NCBI GenBank assembly: GCA_012295275.1
Contig: CM022677.1
Coordinates: 620,001 to 684,000 of the forward strand
DNA: 64,000 nt
From: Chrysomallon squamiferum
Lineage: Eukaryota; Animalia; Mollusca
Direction: 5' to 3'
The first letter of the stretch is position 1; each line of letters opens with the position of its first letter. A program made the position numbers and the translations under genes. The notes under the pieces are model-generated. The model did not search any database. It worked only from the letters and a program-made list of their open reading frames with translations, and was not told the origin of the DNA. This document shows, piece after piece, positions 11,358-25,530 of this stretch.

Positions 11358-14300
11358 GGTCAAAGTTCGATATTTCTAACAACGTCAATGTCGTCGCTAT
11401 CAATACCAATGGCGCATGAATTTGTAACAAAAGGAAGAAAGAAAGAAAGAACAAAAGACTAACAAACATAGAAAAGAACCTCTGCTATTTAAAATGATAG
11501 AAGCTATGTTTATATTTTTAGTAACTTTTGGGATGCATAGTTTTCTCCTGTGTTCGGATTTCTAAAGTATATACATTACAATATGAATACGATCAGAAAT
11601 AAACTAACTTCGTGTTTTGCTTTAAAAATTCTTGCGATAAATGGCGAATTAAAAATCATAAAGATAACAAACTGTACTACAAAACAGTACAATGAATGTA
11701 TTCTGTGAATCTAAGTACCAGAGGTATTCATAGAATATTAAATAAGAAACGTATAACCTTTTTTTAATTTTTGTTTAATCGTAAAATCATAAACTGATAA
11801 ATCATAAACTGATAAACCATAAACTGATAAATCATAAACTGATAAATCATAAACTGATAAATCATAAACTGATAAATCTTAAACTGATAAATCTTAAACT
11901 GATAAATCATAAACTGATAAATCATAAACTGATAAATCATAAAGCGTTCAGTTTTTAAACTTAGGTTATTTTTCTTCAAGTGTTGATTTGCTCCATCAGA
12001 GAAAACATCAGCGATGGTCACGTGATACATTGATAGACATCTTTTGTTTGCTGTCAAATCACAGGAGTTTATGTATTGCAGAGGATTATAGATAAACATT
12101 AATTTGTTTATTTCAGAACGTATACATATTATAATTATATTCAGTAAAAGTCATAACATATAATACAACATGCATTATACAAGTTATTAAAAATATAATC
12201 AACACAGATTATAGAAATATAATCATTTAAAATAGCACCAGTTATTTGTAGTTGCACATAAAGTCTTCGGTGACTTGACTAGGTAGGAAACAATGCACGG
12301 CGATCTCGCTACGCACGTGCTACAATGAATAAGCTAAAAATAGGAACATTGAAGAAAAACATACAATGATACAGCCAACAGGTTATTAAAATATAAACAA
12401 CATGAATCTATGTACCAGAGATAGTGATAGAATGTTATCACTATTTTTTTAATCATAAAACCATAAATTGATCAAACTTAGGCTATTTTTGCATCAAGTG
12501 TTGATTTGCTCCATCAGAGAAAACATCAGCGATGGTCACATGATACACTGATAGGTATCTTTTGTTTGCTGTCAAAGCACAGGAAGTACAAACAGAAAGC
12601 CAAGAAAATTCTTTTGTCTGCTTCAAATGACAGTTGCAATACCTGTGTCTTTAATTGTCATGATTACATACACATTGTATTGCTCCTAATAAAGACCGGC
12701 AACACCTTTCTGGAGTCGACTCCAAGGATTATACGAATCTATGTATTGCAGAGGATTATAGTTAACATCAAATGCTAGTAATCGGTAAAACAATATTAAT
12801 TCGTTTATTTCAGAACGAATACATATTATATTTAGTATAAGTCACAACATCCAATAAAACATGCATGCTACAAGCTATTAAAAATATAATAAACATTGAT
12901 TATAGAAATATATTCATTTCAAACAACACCAGTTATTTGTAGTTGCACATGACTAGGTAGGAAACAATTTACGGCGATTGTAAATAAAATCAACGTGATT
13001 TCGGTCTGTAGAAAACGTAAATTAACGGCGATTTCGCTAAGCACGTGCTATAATGTACACGCTGAAAATAAGAACATCCAAGAAAAACATACAGCAAACA
13101 AGTTATTAAAAACAGAAATATAATCATATTAAAAGCGACACACCTTTCTAGTTGTACATACCGCAATTTCGGTAGGGTAGAAAACGTATTATAATGTACT
13201 CGCTGAAAATAAGAACATTCGAGAAGGAAAAACATTCAACCAAAAAGTTATTAAAAATATAAAAAACATAGAAATATAATCATTTTCAACAGCGCCAGAT
13301 CTTTCTAGCACATTTTAAAATTAAAACGCAAGCACACATGTATACACAATATTTTATTAAAAATGATATTTGAAATAAAATCTGGTAAATTGTACAGCAT
13401 AAGCCAGATTTCGAAACTTTCACTTCAGCAGAAAGTCTTAACACAGGGTTAGGAGTTAGTGAAAAATGACTACATAATTCACTAACTGTTGTTGTTCGAC
13501 TGTTACCACAGCTAGTGTAAATATAAAGGACGTGTCCTTTCAAAAACTCATCTGTTGCAGGAACTGTGGAATACACTTCTTGCAGATGCTGTCTACCTAA
13601 GCTCGGTTGGTTACATCTAATTAGGCACTGTCTCTTGTTACTCAAAGGCATCTTTTGGTTATTCACTGAAAAAAACAAGAAAAGAGCTGAGAAGACAACT
13701 GAAATAAGTTTTCAAAAGTTGAAATTATGAAAGACAATATTACCAAAATGAAACATCAACTGTGGGTCAAACCAAACAGTGAAAAAAACAAACAAAAAAA
13801 AAAGAAAATTTATATGAAAAGAAATGCAAAATTTGAATGACCAGTACAAATTAAATCCACACAGAATACAGTAGCAAGTGCTTATTTGATTTTGTGTTTA
13901 GAAATTATAATTGTTTGATCAATTTTATGATTTTAAAATCCTGAAACATCTTGAGATTTGGGACAATTATGGATGAAAGTACCAATATATTGTTAGGAAC
14001 ATATTTGTCCATCATTCTTATGTAAGATAATTTAAGAAGAATAAGTCAGCATAATCCATTCTCAAACGTAAGTCCTTACACAGGAAGTTTGGTCTGCCAT
14101 GACACTTTCACTTCGACGATCTAACGTCGAAATAACCATGCTTGACGAGGTAAAGATTAGAGTTACTAGTTAGCATGCTTGCAGCTGCTTGACAAAATTT
14201 CAAAGACAATTAGATAAAAAAAACTAATTATTATGTCCAGCTACTTTTCATTTGTGTCACATAACCGGTTTTAGTTACTGTAGCATGTTGAAAATTCCGT

Positions 14301-14466
14301 AAAAGTGTCACGATGGCGATCGAACATCGAAATGACCAAAATACCATATTTCACCAGGCAATCATAACAAATGAATGCGTCCAAACATTTTCATAAAACT
14401 TTATAAAGGTTATAAAGGGAACCAAGACAAAATAAGAATCTGCACGGAGGACAGATTAAAACCTTA
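11358..14466 (-). mobile_element. Copy B of the hAT-like element, lacking the transposase core
   Basis: 11358-13377 is a mosaic match to 5500-6877; 13513-14466 matches 8877-10010. Retains the N-terminal reading frame MPLSNKRQCLIRCNQP... Confidence 0.7.
11785..11943. repeat. 15-bp minisatellite (aaatcataaactgat), ~10 copies
   Basis: Directly visible; only ~2.5 copies at the homologous site 5930-5967. Confidence 0.95.
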
Positions 14467-14592
14467 AATAATCGTAAATATAAAAATATATTCAGGTGCT
14501 ATTAAAAACCGTATCTGCTTTGATACAGTTGTTGTGGTGAAATTTTAAAGTATTTTTAAAAGGTTCAAGCACGACTGACTGGTTGTACTTAC

Positions 14593-14723
14593 ATGGCCGA
14601 ATGGCTCTGATGCGTTGGAGTAGCCGTATGGGTCAGTGCTGAGATGCGTGTGTGCGAGGTCAGCGCTGATGATGACAACAACACGCTCTGGCGCGTCTTC
14701 CAAATACCTGTATAAATCAGCAC
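14593..14723 (-). CDS. LigB/Memo-fold protein gene, exon 3 (left copy)
   Basis: tttcag|GTGCTG...CAT|gtaagt, 131 nt, encodes ADLYRYLEDAPERVVVIISADLAHTHLSTDPYGYSNASEPFGH with the SADLAH motif. Confidence 0.85.
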
Positions 14724-15214
14724 CTGAAATTGATACACAGACAGGTAAAAGTTTAATTAATGAAGCAAATTCCAACTTGTTATTTAGGCAGTTTGCTGTG
14801 TGACGTGTTAACGTAAGCTGAATTCAAAGTTAATGGCAACAGTTCAAAATTAGACATTTCGTCAAATTGAAACATTTTACATAATATTAGAAACGTTCAT
14901 TATGTTGTGATTTGTTCTTTTTTAATCTTAATTACAGTCCATCCTCTTTATAATATTGACAGAAACTCTCAGCTAATTTTGGCATTACAAGGAGTTGGGT
15001 GGTAAGTTTTCTGAGATGCTAACTTAAAGGATTTTAGGTAGTGCATACGTCATGGTGACTAGTCTGAGTGGTATTAGTACCTGAAAGGGCAGCAGACTAT
15101 AATAGCGTCACGTGACAAGGTGTTAATTATCTCAGACAGCTTAACTATTAAATGACTATTCTGTATCCACAAGATAACAATAATACAAACGCAATTCAGT
15201 ATTTATAATTGTTT

Positions 15215-15264
<50 letters not shown>

Positions 15265-15604
15265 TGTTTACACAAATTAACCCTCAAGGGTAATATATAG
15301 TTACATAGATAAATCGTACGATTCGACGATACGTTATCAAAGGAAACAGCGTTGACAAATAATACAAAACTAATTCAGCACAGTTGGTTACTTGATCTTT
15401 CTAAATAATCTTTTAATTATTAAAATACGTTATCTTTGTTGTTATAAATGTAACACAGAATAACACTATGAAAAATTCAACAGTAATAGATTTAGCTATC
15501 TTCAATCATTCAAGATGTATGTTACATATACAAAACATTAAAACATAATTACCATTGTCTGCGTTTTCCTTTCTCTTGTGCAGACAAAGACTCTCAAGAA
15601 TGGC

Positions 15605-15627
15605 ACTGATCAAAGAGATCTCGTTCA
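15605..15627. repeat. 23-bp exact direct repeat, copy 2
   Basis: Identical to 1874-1896; flanked by gtggaatggaatggaa. Confidence 0.95.
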
Positions 15628-16964
15628 GTGGAATGGAATGGAAAAAAATTAACGTGCTAATCAGAGCAAGTTGTTGTGAAGCACGTCTGCGACGGGCACG
15701 CTTTCTGACAGGTCAGCGGAAAAGAATTGGTTCTCGCCACGATTGCAGGACACAAGGGAGTGTCCAGCATATCGGATCGTGACGAGTCCGTACCGATGTT
15801 TCGCAGCCGCAATTCGCCCTCTGTGGTCTCCGGCACAATCTCTCAGCCATCACCGGGTCCGTGTTGTTTGCCGTCCTGGTTGTTCTGCTCTTGGCTGCTG
15901 TTGTTTAGTCTTTTTATTTTAGCCAACTTTACCCGTGTCTTATTCTCTTGATCAGATTTTTTTTAATCACCAGTGAACTGAATATTTCACTTAGGAAATA
16001 ATTTCAAGTGAATGTATAAAATCATTGTTAAGGAAAACTATAGTCGAAATCCCAGACGGTGAAATTTGTGAAACTCATTCTTAATTTATCGAGCGATAAC
16101 AAAACACTAATTATTATCCAACATGGAACGTACATCAATACAGCAGAATACAGTTATCTGGAAATTTATATTTTTAAACCTGGCATAGGCAGTCATAGCC
16201 TACCATTCAAACAAAATATGTTGTTTAAAAACCAACACACTAAAGTTTGATGAATTCCAAAATGGCACCAAAACGTCTCTCCATTACCTAGGTCAGTAGT
16301 TTTTAAGTACTCACTGATCTGTGTTGTATGATACAGATTATTTGTAACACTTAATAATCTCATTTAATTCCAGGAAAATACAGTCAGTTGTGTGGTTAGT
16401 GGTAAACGGCTCGGGGAGGTGAATGGCCCAGCTTAACGTTCACCTACTGAACTGTAGGGAAACAGGGTATTGTTAAGGATTCACTCGAGTCTGCCAGAGG
16501 AATCCGCTCCACCTTCTGGGACAAAGGGAAGTTGTTCAGCCCACAGTCAAATTTACTGAGGAGGCAGGTTAAGGTGATGTAGATATATTTGATTTTTGGG
16601 GCCAAAGATGACTTATGGATTTTGCCGATGGGGCTGGTTTATTTAGGGCAGTTAGAGATTGGTAACCTTGGCTCTCGCCCACTCTCTGATTTAAAGGTCA
16701 GGAGGAGTAAAAGTAGCCAACCATGTTTGTCAGGTAGCACTGATGAGCCGTGTTCTCTGTCACGAGGCTATTCAGTGTGTCTCCAGCTGGTCCTTGCTTA
16801 TTAATTAGCTTTAGCCACCTGCGGCCAAGTTTTATCTTAAAAATAAAGGGGTTGGGGTTACTCTTGTAGAGGTAAATATAGATGTAAATAGTTCTATATC
16901 TTAGAAGGTTTGTATATAGTTAACAGTGTAAATGGAAAAATGTTTACAATGAAGACTAAATAAA

Positions 16965-17007
<43 letters not shown>

Positions 17008-18410
17008 CACACACACACACACAACAAACAACAAACCCGCCACATGAACGATTAAAACTGATGGGTATAATTAACAACTGACAGAAAAGAGGTTGCAATT
17101 ACCTAAGTGTGGACAATGTCAGAAATGGTGTCAGTGGTTCAAAAATGTTCACAAACAAATATTCAGTGACTGTGCTGGAAATTAAATAAAGAATTATATG
17201 AGTTTTTTTGTCCTAATGTTTATAATAATGAAAGTTGATTAATGACAGCGTGTGACGTATTTTAATGTAATTGATTAAGCTTTAAGTTGAATTCATTTAA
17301 CAGACTGTGTGTGTTCTGTTACAAATTTCACTTCTAATACTGTTTTTAAATCAGTATAAAATGAAACTTTAATTAGCATGCACCAACAGGAACGATAACT
17401 CGTAACGGCACAAATTACGTCACGGAAAAAAGCCTCCAGACGTTTCGTCGATTTAATGGATACAAACGTCACCTAAATGTTCTTTCCCTGCGTGCTGTGC
17501 GTATTTTTTGTTTTTGTTCCTTGTATTTATATTTTGTAAATCATGTTTTGTAAACTGTACCATTGCCAATAAAAATAATAACAAAAAAAATTCTTTTCTG
17601 CTGGGGAATATTTGACAGCTACACAAGTTAATACATTAGTCTTTTAATTAATTATAATTTCAGTTTATTATGCTCGCATTTGAAGAAAAATAATCCAGTT
17701 TGAAAAGCTTGATTAAGATGAAAAAGTAGATGGAAAGGCGCGCGACATTTAAGGGCCATGCTACTGTAATGCGAAACATTTATAACATCTTAACTGAAAA
17801 ATGTATTGAATTTGAATGGTAACTTTTATTAAGATAAATCTAATTTTAAACCAAATCCTGATTTTAACCCTAATCGTAGCCGTAATACAAAAGCTATTTA
17901 TAGCAATGAAATATTTAGTAATCATAAAAAGTTTATTTCATATCTGTTACCAAATCCTGACCCTGTTCTAATAATAATAAATTAAATATTGTTAAATAAA
18001 TAAATATATATAAAATTCAGCAAAAGTTCATTTCAAATCTAACCGTAATTCTAACCTAATTTATCAAAACATCTAAAAGTCTAAAATGTATACTTTCATA
18101 TAGATTTATTGAATTAAAATTGGATAATTTCTTTAGAGCTATTAAATAGCTATGGTAGTAATTTACCTTTTGCGTATAATATTAAATTGTTTGAGAACAA
18201 AAATTATTTTAATTTAATCCTAGCCTTGATATAGAATATGTTCTAAATGAAAGACTTACTGAAAGACTTATGAAAGTATCTTTAAATAGATTTAATCCTA
18301 ACCATAATTTTAAATGTAATGAATTAATTAATACCAACTCTAACATTGTCCTAACTTTAAACATACTCTGAACCAATCCTCACCTTGAATTATAATTTAT
18401 TTTATTGAGA

Positions 18411-18413
<3 letters not shown>

Positions 18414-18500
<87 letters not shown>
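18414..18500. repeat. (CT)n microsatellite
   Basis: Visible; mirrored by (GA)n at 31996-32076. Confidence 0.95.
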
Positions 18501-18503
<3 letters not shown>

Positions 18504-18971
18504 CCAGATAAATAATTAAATCTAACGCTAGACTTGATCATGTCAATTTGTGATTAATATTACGTTATAACACAAAAAGGTGTTTCAGTTTTCTTTTTTC
18601 CTTTATCAGTTATATTTTTGGATGAATATTTTTTTTTATTATTAATTTATTGAATGGGCATTAATAAATAAATTGATTTACTGGTAATTAATTCACGAAA
18701 CAAGTAACCCGGTTCAAGTCTAGTTAAAGTTTTTATTTTGATGATCTGAGGCTGAAAGTGTAAGGCAGACGAGACTAACTGTAGTGCAGCAAGTACAATC
18801 TACTTTTTTATTATTACTATTATTATTAAGTAAAATCAAATAAAATAACTAGTAACAGAAACAAAATAAATGAATAACGTTTAAAAAGAAATATAAGAAA
18901 TGCATCAAAGGATACACATTTTCTAGTTTTTATTAATTTTGTTCTATGTTAAAGAAATATGTCTGGTATAA

Positions 18972-19027
<56 letters not shown>

Positions 19028-19054
19028 TATTACTTTTATTAAAAAAAAAAAAAA

Positions 19055-19094
<40 letters not shown>

Positions 19095-19494
19095 TCATTT
19101 CATTTTATAAATTTTATCAAGTTTCTGACATCAGAATAACATCTCTAAAAAAATGTATATATTTATGAATGTTTTAATTAAACGAACTTCATTCCTAATC
19201 ATGAAATCTATGACGTTTTAATTCTACTCCCACATGAAACATAACCTGCAGAGATAATTTTATTTCTATAATTTCAGCTTAATTCTGTGAAATAGTTAGA
19301 ACGTCTGTTTGAGACTTTACTCTCGTATCAACATCTGTGAAAACTTAATAGTATTCTATTATGAATCCCTTCATTTTATATCCATGAACTTGTTTCTATA
19401 ATTTCAACTTCAGCTTAAGTCCGTGGAGGTTTCCCAGTGTGTGTTATTTACTTGCACAAAATAGAAGATATTTACAAACACATTAATTTATTAT

Positions 19495-19528
<34 letters not shown>

Positions 19529-19846
19529 GAAATGTTTATAGCACAGAGACTGAACTAACATTATTCGGTACCACTTTGGTGTGTGATCTACGCGGTTATT
19601 TTAATTATTATTTTGTTTATTCTTGGTTTTTTTATTATTATTGTCACGGCTTAAATGGAAAAGCAAGATCCTAATATTATATATTCATAATTTATAGGAA
19701 CAAGGGCTAAAAAGTATACAAATCTGAATAACTGTGTTGATGAACTGAGCGAACATCTGCTAAAAAGATCTTCACTTGTCTTCATCTTCCTTCATTTCTC
19801 CACCACAACGACGACATAGTGCAACATTTTCTACACATCTACATTA

Positions 19847-20281
19847 CAGGGGCGCACAAACTTTCTGATCTTATAGACCACAGCGCTTTAACTTCACTGA
19901 CACTAGGGCCGCAGACATTTCACTGTGATTACGTAAACTCTGAAAACCTAACATGTATGATTTTGTATAATTTTCTAACAGTAAACCTTGTGACTTAAAA
20001 TGCTGCATGTAAATAATGGGTGCGTTTACATGTTTCCATACAAACTGACTTCATTCCTGTTGATTCCCATTAAAGCAAACAATAAAACCGTTATGAATAT
20101 TATTTATTGCTTTTATTAAATAACAAGTTCAAAACTGTCGGATCTGAAAATGAATACTGGACGACATTTTGTCTACGGCATCTGACAGTGATAGGATGTT
20201 CATGTTGTACGAGTGTTTATACTGAGACGTTAAATGTGATGAGGTGACATCGTTTCCACGGCCGCAGGTTGCGCACCCCTG
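19847..20281. mobile_element. Non-autonomous hAT (Buster/Charlie-like) element, 435 bp
   Basis: Termini CAGGGGCGCACAA and TTGCGCACCCCTG, subterminal ggccgca motifs. The 8-bp flanks do not match, so no TSD is supported. Confidence 0.65.
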
Positions 20282-20609
20282 ATTTACAAGGACATTTCTT
20301 CGTAAAACTGCAACTGCCTTCGTCTCGTCTCTGATCACGTTGTAAAAAACTTAAGGGTACTTCAGAAATTGAAACGAACAAGTAAAATCACAGAGAGGAA
20401 TACAGAAAAACTACCAAATCGTATACCTATTCTCATATGTGTGTTCTTATATATTTATCACGCATTAGGTCGAATCTGTTTTAGACTTTACATGCCTGCT
20501 ATAGTTTCCTGGAAGTTGAAATTAGCCAAGTTATCCCATTATTCTCTAAATGTTGACCAATTCGGTTTATTTTTGCTGGGTTTAATTCATTATGTTTTAA
20601 AACAATCTT

Positions 20610-20652
<43 letters not shown>

Positions 20653-21006
20653 ACACGAGAGCTAGCTCATAGGTACTGAGTCATACGAAGGGATATCAGT
20701 TTGTTACACTCTTCTGAAATAACAAATTTGTTCAGTTTATCTTTAGTTATTATTAATGATACCCATCTATGTGAAAACACTGATCACGTTAATGATTTGC
20801 TCACAGTAATGATCACCAATGACTTAACAAAGTTGTATACAGATAATATCGATATTGAAGCTTTAATTCTATTGATCTCAGTAATTGTTTAAATTTCACA
20901 CGTGTTGTGCTATTTTAGGAACAGGCCTGATATTTAACAATAATCCTTGCAATACACAAACTGCGGCTAAAGGTTGGAGCGCACACCAGAAAGGTGTTTT
21001 GCAGGT

Positions 21007-21216
21007 ACTAACTACGTGTAACAAACTGTCTGAAATCATCAAACAAAAGACTAACTACGTGTAACAAACTGTCTGAAATCATCAAACGAAAGACTAACTA
21101 CGTGTAACAAACTGTCTGAAATCATCAAACAAAAGACTAACTACGTGTAACAAACTGTCTGAAATCATCAAACAAAAGACTAACTACGTGTAATAAACTG
21201 TCTGAAATCATCAAAC
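21007..21216. repeat. 43-bp minisatellite, ~5 copies
   Basis: actaactacgtgtaacaaactgtctgaaatcatcaaacaaaag; ~4 copies in the inverted partner 29488-29655. Confidence 0.95.
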
Positions 21217-22220
21217 TTTCGTTTGAAGGCACAGGCGTGATAAGTGATAAGAGAAACACAAAACAGTTTTCTAAGCTTTATACTTGCTGTGACTTGACTG
21301 CAATCAAACGTTACTTATCATCTGGCCATTGTAGGTATTTTCTCTGACTGAGCTAATCTACACTTCAAGCAAAAATAAATCAGGTTTTGAAAATTAGTTA
21401 CTAAGATATTAAGTTTAGTTTATTTTTAATTCAGCATTCGAGCACAATTTCATAGAGTACCATGAACATCATTTTCAGTAACAAATGCAAATTGTAAGCT
21501 GGCAACCATGATTCAACTGAGTTGTTTGTCTCAAAACTGACCACCTGATAGTTCGTTAGTACATTTAGCAAAGCGCGCATAATGTGTGACATAGACTTAC
21601 CTACAATTCGTACATGCCTTACTGACATCTACCAGTAGAACAAGTAACTAAAATATGCTTCACACTTATTGTAAGAAGTATAAATAGCATCTATAATACA
21701 AATTGTTTCTATAATACAAACTGTTTCTATAATACAAATTATTCTTATGCATTTTTTAACCCGTTCGTGTATGTATAAATTTACTTCTCTTTGGACTATA
21801 GATTAAACAACCCCCATATCAAATTTTAGTGTACAAATTATTATTAAGGTAATTACGGTAGAATTTACTTCTGTCATTTGACCTACTTAAAATATTGTTT
21901 TTCTTCCAGGTTCCAACAAATTTTATGAAGTGAACATCAAGATGAAATATTTTTTTTAGTTTGTTTTTTTTTTTTCTTATTTTTTTTATCTTAACAGGTT
22001 TATATATTTTGACTGAAGTTGTGGAGTCTGTGAAGTTTAGATAACGTGTTTTTCAGTTTAATGAGGCGGTTAGTTAACAGCTCAGTGATTCACTACTTTT
22101 ATTATTTTTTCGCTCTGCTGTTTCTTTTTATTTAGAAATATAATAAAAGTAATATTACTATTTTTCCTTCTTCAGTAATTACTTCTGCTTTTTGTTACTG
22201 TTTTCATTATTGTTGTTCTT

Positions 22221-22251
<31 letters not shown>

Positions 22252-22452
22252 TTTTGTATTTTTTTTTATTTTGTCATCTTTTTACTTGCTTGTTGTTTAT
22301 TAATATGTTTTTACTTATTTTTATTTTCTTTTTACCATTTTTTATTTGTTTTATTTGTTTATTATTTTTATTTTTGTTTACTTTTATTTATTTATTTTTA
22401 TTTATTTATTTATTTATTTCGTATGCTGGCATATAAGTGTGTTATTAAAAAC

Positions 22453-22848
<396 letters not shown>

Positions 22849-23014
22849 ACACACACACCAGTTTTGTAAAGTAAATCCCTTTCAGGATATATGTATCATA
22901 ATAATTACGAACGCAGTAGTTTGACGCGATCTAAAAAAAAAAAGTAAATAAATTATAATAATAATAAACCAAAAAAGCTTTGTCTGATAGTATATGATTC
23001 TAATTTACCTTAGG

Positions 23015-23063
<49 letters not shown>

Positions 23064-23235
23064 GTCTGAACGTTAGAGCGATTGTTGATAATAATAAAAC
23101 TGGTATAATTTGTCTCTCTGTATAAAGTTGACTTTGTACTAAAGTAAATTTGTTTATCTCCAGGGAAGAAAGCTGAGACAACGCAGTGAACTTTAGTCTT
23201 GACAAAGCAGATTAGTAGATCTCGTTTCGCTCAGA

Positions 23236-24640
23236 TATCTGTACTGTGTGTATGTTCTATAATGTGTTTGTGTGTGTATCTGTATGTCTGTGTGTATGAT
23301 GTATATGTGTCTGTGTGTCTATCTGTATGTCTGTGTGTATGATGTATATGTGTCTCTGTGTGTATCTGCATGTCTGTGTGTATGATGTATATGTCTCTGT
23401 GTGTATCTGTATGTCTGTGTGTATGATGTATATGTGTCTCTGTGTGTATCTGAGCTGTGTGTATGATGTATAAGGTGTTTGCGTGTGTATCTGTATGTCT
23501 GTGTGTATGATGTATATGTGTCGCTGTGTGTATCTGTATGTCTGTGTATATGATGTATATGTATATGTGTGTGTATCTATATGTCTGTGTGTATGATGTA
23601 TAATGTGTTTGTGTGTGTATCTGTATGTCTGTGTGTATGATGTATATGTGTCTGTGTGTGTATCTGTATGTCTGTGTGTATGATGTATATGTGTTTGTGT
23701 GTGTATCTGTATGTCTGTGTGTATGATGTATATGTGTTTGTGTGTGTATCTGTACTGTGTGTATGATGTATAATGTGTTTGTGTGTGTATCTGTATGTCT
23801 GTGTGTATGTGTATATATATATGTTCTGTTATGTGTATATGTATGTGTGTGTGTATCTGTATATGTGTGATGTGTCTGTGTGCATGATATGATGTATAAT
23901 GTGTCTGTGTGTGTCTGTGTGTGTATCTGTTTGTCTGTGTTGTATGATGTATAATGTGTCTCTATGTGTATCTGTATGTCTATGTGTATGGTGTATAATG
24001 TGTCTGTGTGTATCTGTATATCTGTGTGTATGATGTATAATGTATCTGTGTGTGTATATATGTCTGTGTGTATCATGTATATGTGTCTGTGTGTGTATCT
24101 GTACTGTGTGTGATGTATGATGTGTCTGTGTGTATGATGTATATGTCTGTGTGTATGTATATGTGTGTGTATGATGTATAATGTGTATGTGTGTATGATG
24201 TATAAAATGTCTGTGTGTGTATCTGTATGTCTGTGTGTATGATGTATATCTGTCTGTGTGTATCTGTATGTCTGTGTGTATGTATACTGTATGTCTGTGT
24301 GTATGATGTATAATGTGTCTGTGGGTATCTGTATGTCTGTGTGTTTGATGTATATGTGTCTGTGTATGTATCTGTATGTCTGTGTGTATGATGTATATGT
24401 GGCTGTGTGTGTATCTCTATGTCTGTGTGTATGATGTATAATGGGTCTGTGTGTGTATCTGTATGTCTATGTGTATGATGTATAATGTGTCTGTGTGTGT
24501 ATCTGTATGTCTGTGTGTATGATGTATATGTGTCTATCTTCGTGTCTTTTTTTGTATGTCTGTGTGTATGTATGTGCGTATGTCTGTGTGTATGTCTGTG
24601 TTTGTGTCTGTGTGTATGTGTGTCTGTGTATGTGTGTTTT
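23236..24640. repeat. Degenerate ~40-bp TG/TA-rich minisatellite
   Basis: Unit approximately gtgtgtatctgtatgtctgtgtgtatgatgtatatgtgtct. It explains the H/T/Y-rich spurious ORFs. Confidence 0.9.
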
Positions 24641-24761
24641 ATCATTATTATTATTATTATTGTGTGTATTTTCTTATTCACCATATCTGAATGTTTAACT
24701 ATTTTATTGTTTGATATATATATATATATATATATAAACACACTCACACAAACACATATGC

Positions 24762-24797
<36 letters not shown>

Positions 24798-25059
24798 CTG
24801 TGTGTGCGTGTTCATGTGTGTGGAAGAAAATGGACTTGTACTGAGTTTATCTCTAGGTAATAAATTTAAGATAGCCAAGTAAACTTTACTCTTGACAAAA
24901 CAGATTAATAGGTTATGTTATCACTAACACGTGTTTTAGTAATAGATTAATTATATAGGAGTTGAACACATATAACTATATTTAAATAGATTAAAAAATA
25001 ATATTGTTATTATTAAACAAAGAAAAATCTGATCATAAAGAAGTTTAAATTTACTAGAC

Positions 25060-25530
25060 AATATTAGCAGCAGTAACACTAACAGCAGTTGTTATAGTAA
25101 TAGTTATAGTAGTAGTAGTAGTAGTATCAGTAGTAGAAGCAGTAGTAATAGTAGTAAAAGCAGTAGTAGTAGTAGTAGAATCATTAGTAGTAGTAGTAGA
25201 AGTAGTATTAGCAGCAGCAACATTTTAGCAGTTGGATTAGTATTAACAACTGTAGTATTAGTAGCGCTAGTAACGGTACGGTAGTAGTAGTAATTGTAGT
25301 AGCAGTAGTAGCTACCAGTAAAAGTACTGACAGTGGTAGTAGTCATAGAATTAGAAGTAATATTATAAAATATAGTAACAGTAGTTAAAGTAATTGTAGT
25401 ACTAATAATAGTTTGATGGTATTGATATTAGTAGTGGTAGTAAACCTATAACAGCAACAGTACTATTAGCAGTTTTAGTAATAGTATTTTAGTAGTAACA
25501 GTAGTAATAATGGTTTTAGTAGTAGCTGTG
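25060..25530. repeat. Degenerate (TAG)n low-complexity tract
   Basis: agtagtagt runs. Confidence 0.85.

Larger units (their letters stand above)
1886..22360. repeat. Left arm of a large inverted duplication (partner 28400-41170)
   Basis: Reverse-complement matches throughout, e.g. 22160-22190 with 28500-28530, 15720 with 34710, 14593-14723 with 35140-35270, 3844-4298 with 39190-39644, and 1890-2700 with 40350-41170. Large indels separate the blocks. Confidence 0.92.

Noticed and set aside
15780-15870. Possible hammerhead or HDV ribozyme, or tRNA-derived SINE
   Set aside because: The CUGANGA core, HDV L3 and a proper B box are not matched.
16380-16850. GC-richer block, possible LTR or SINE
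   Set aside because: No termini, TSD or second independent copy identified.
21431-21628. 65-aa ORF conserved with 29076-29273
   Set aside because: Conservation is explained by the duplication; no recognisable domain or splice context.
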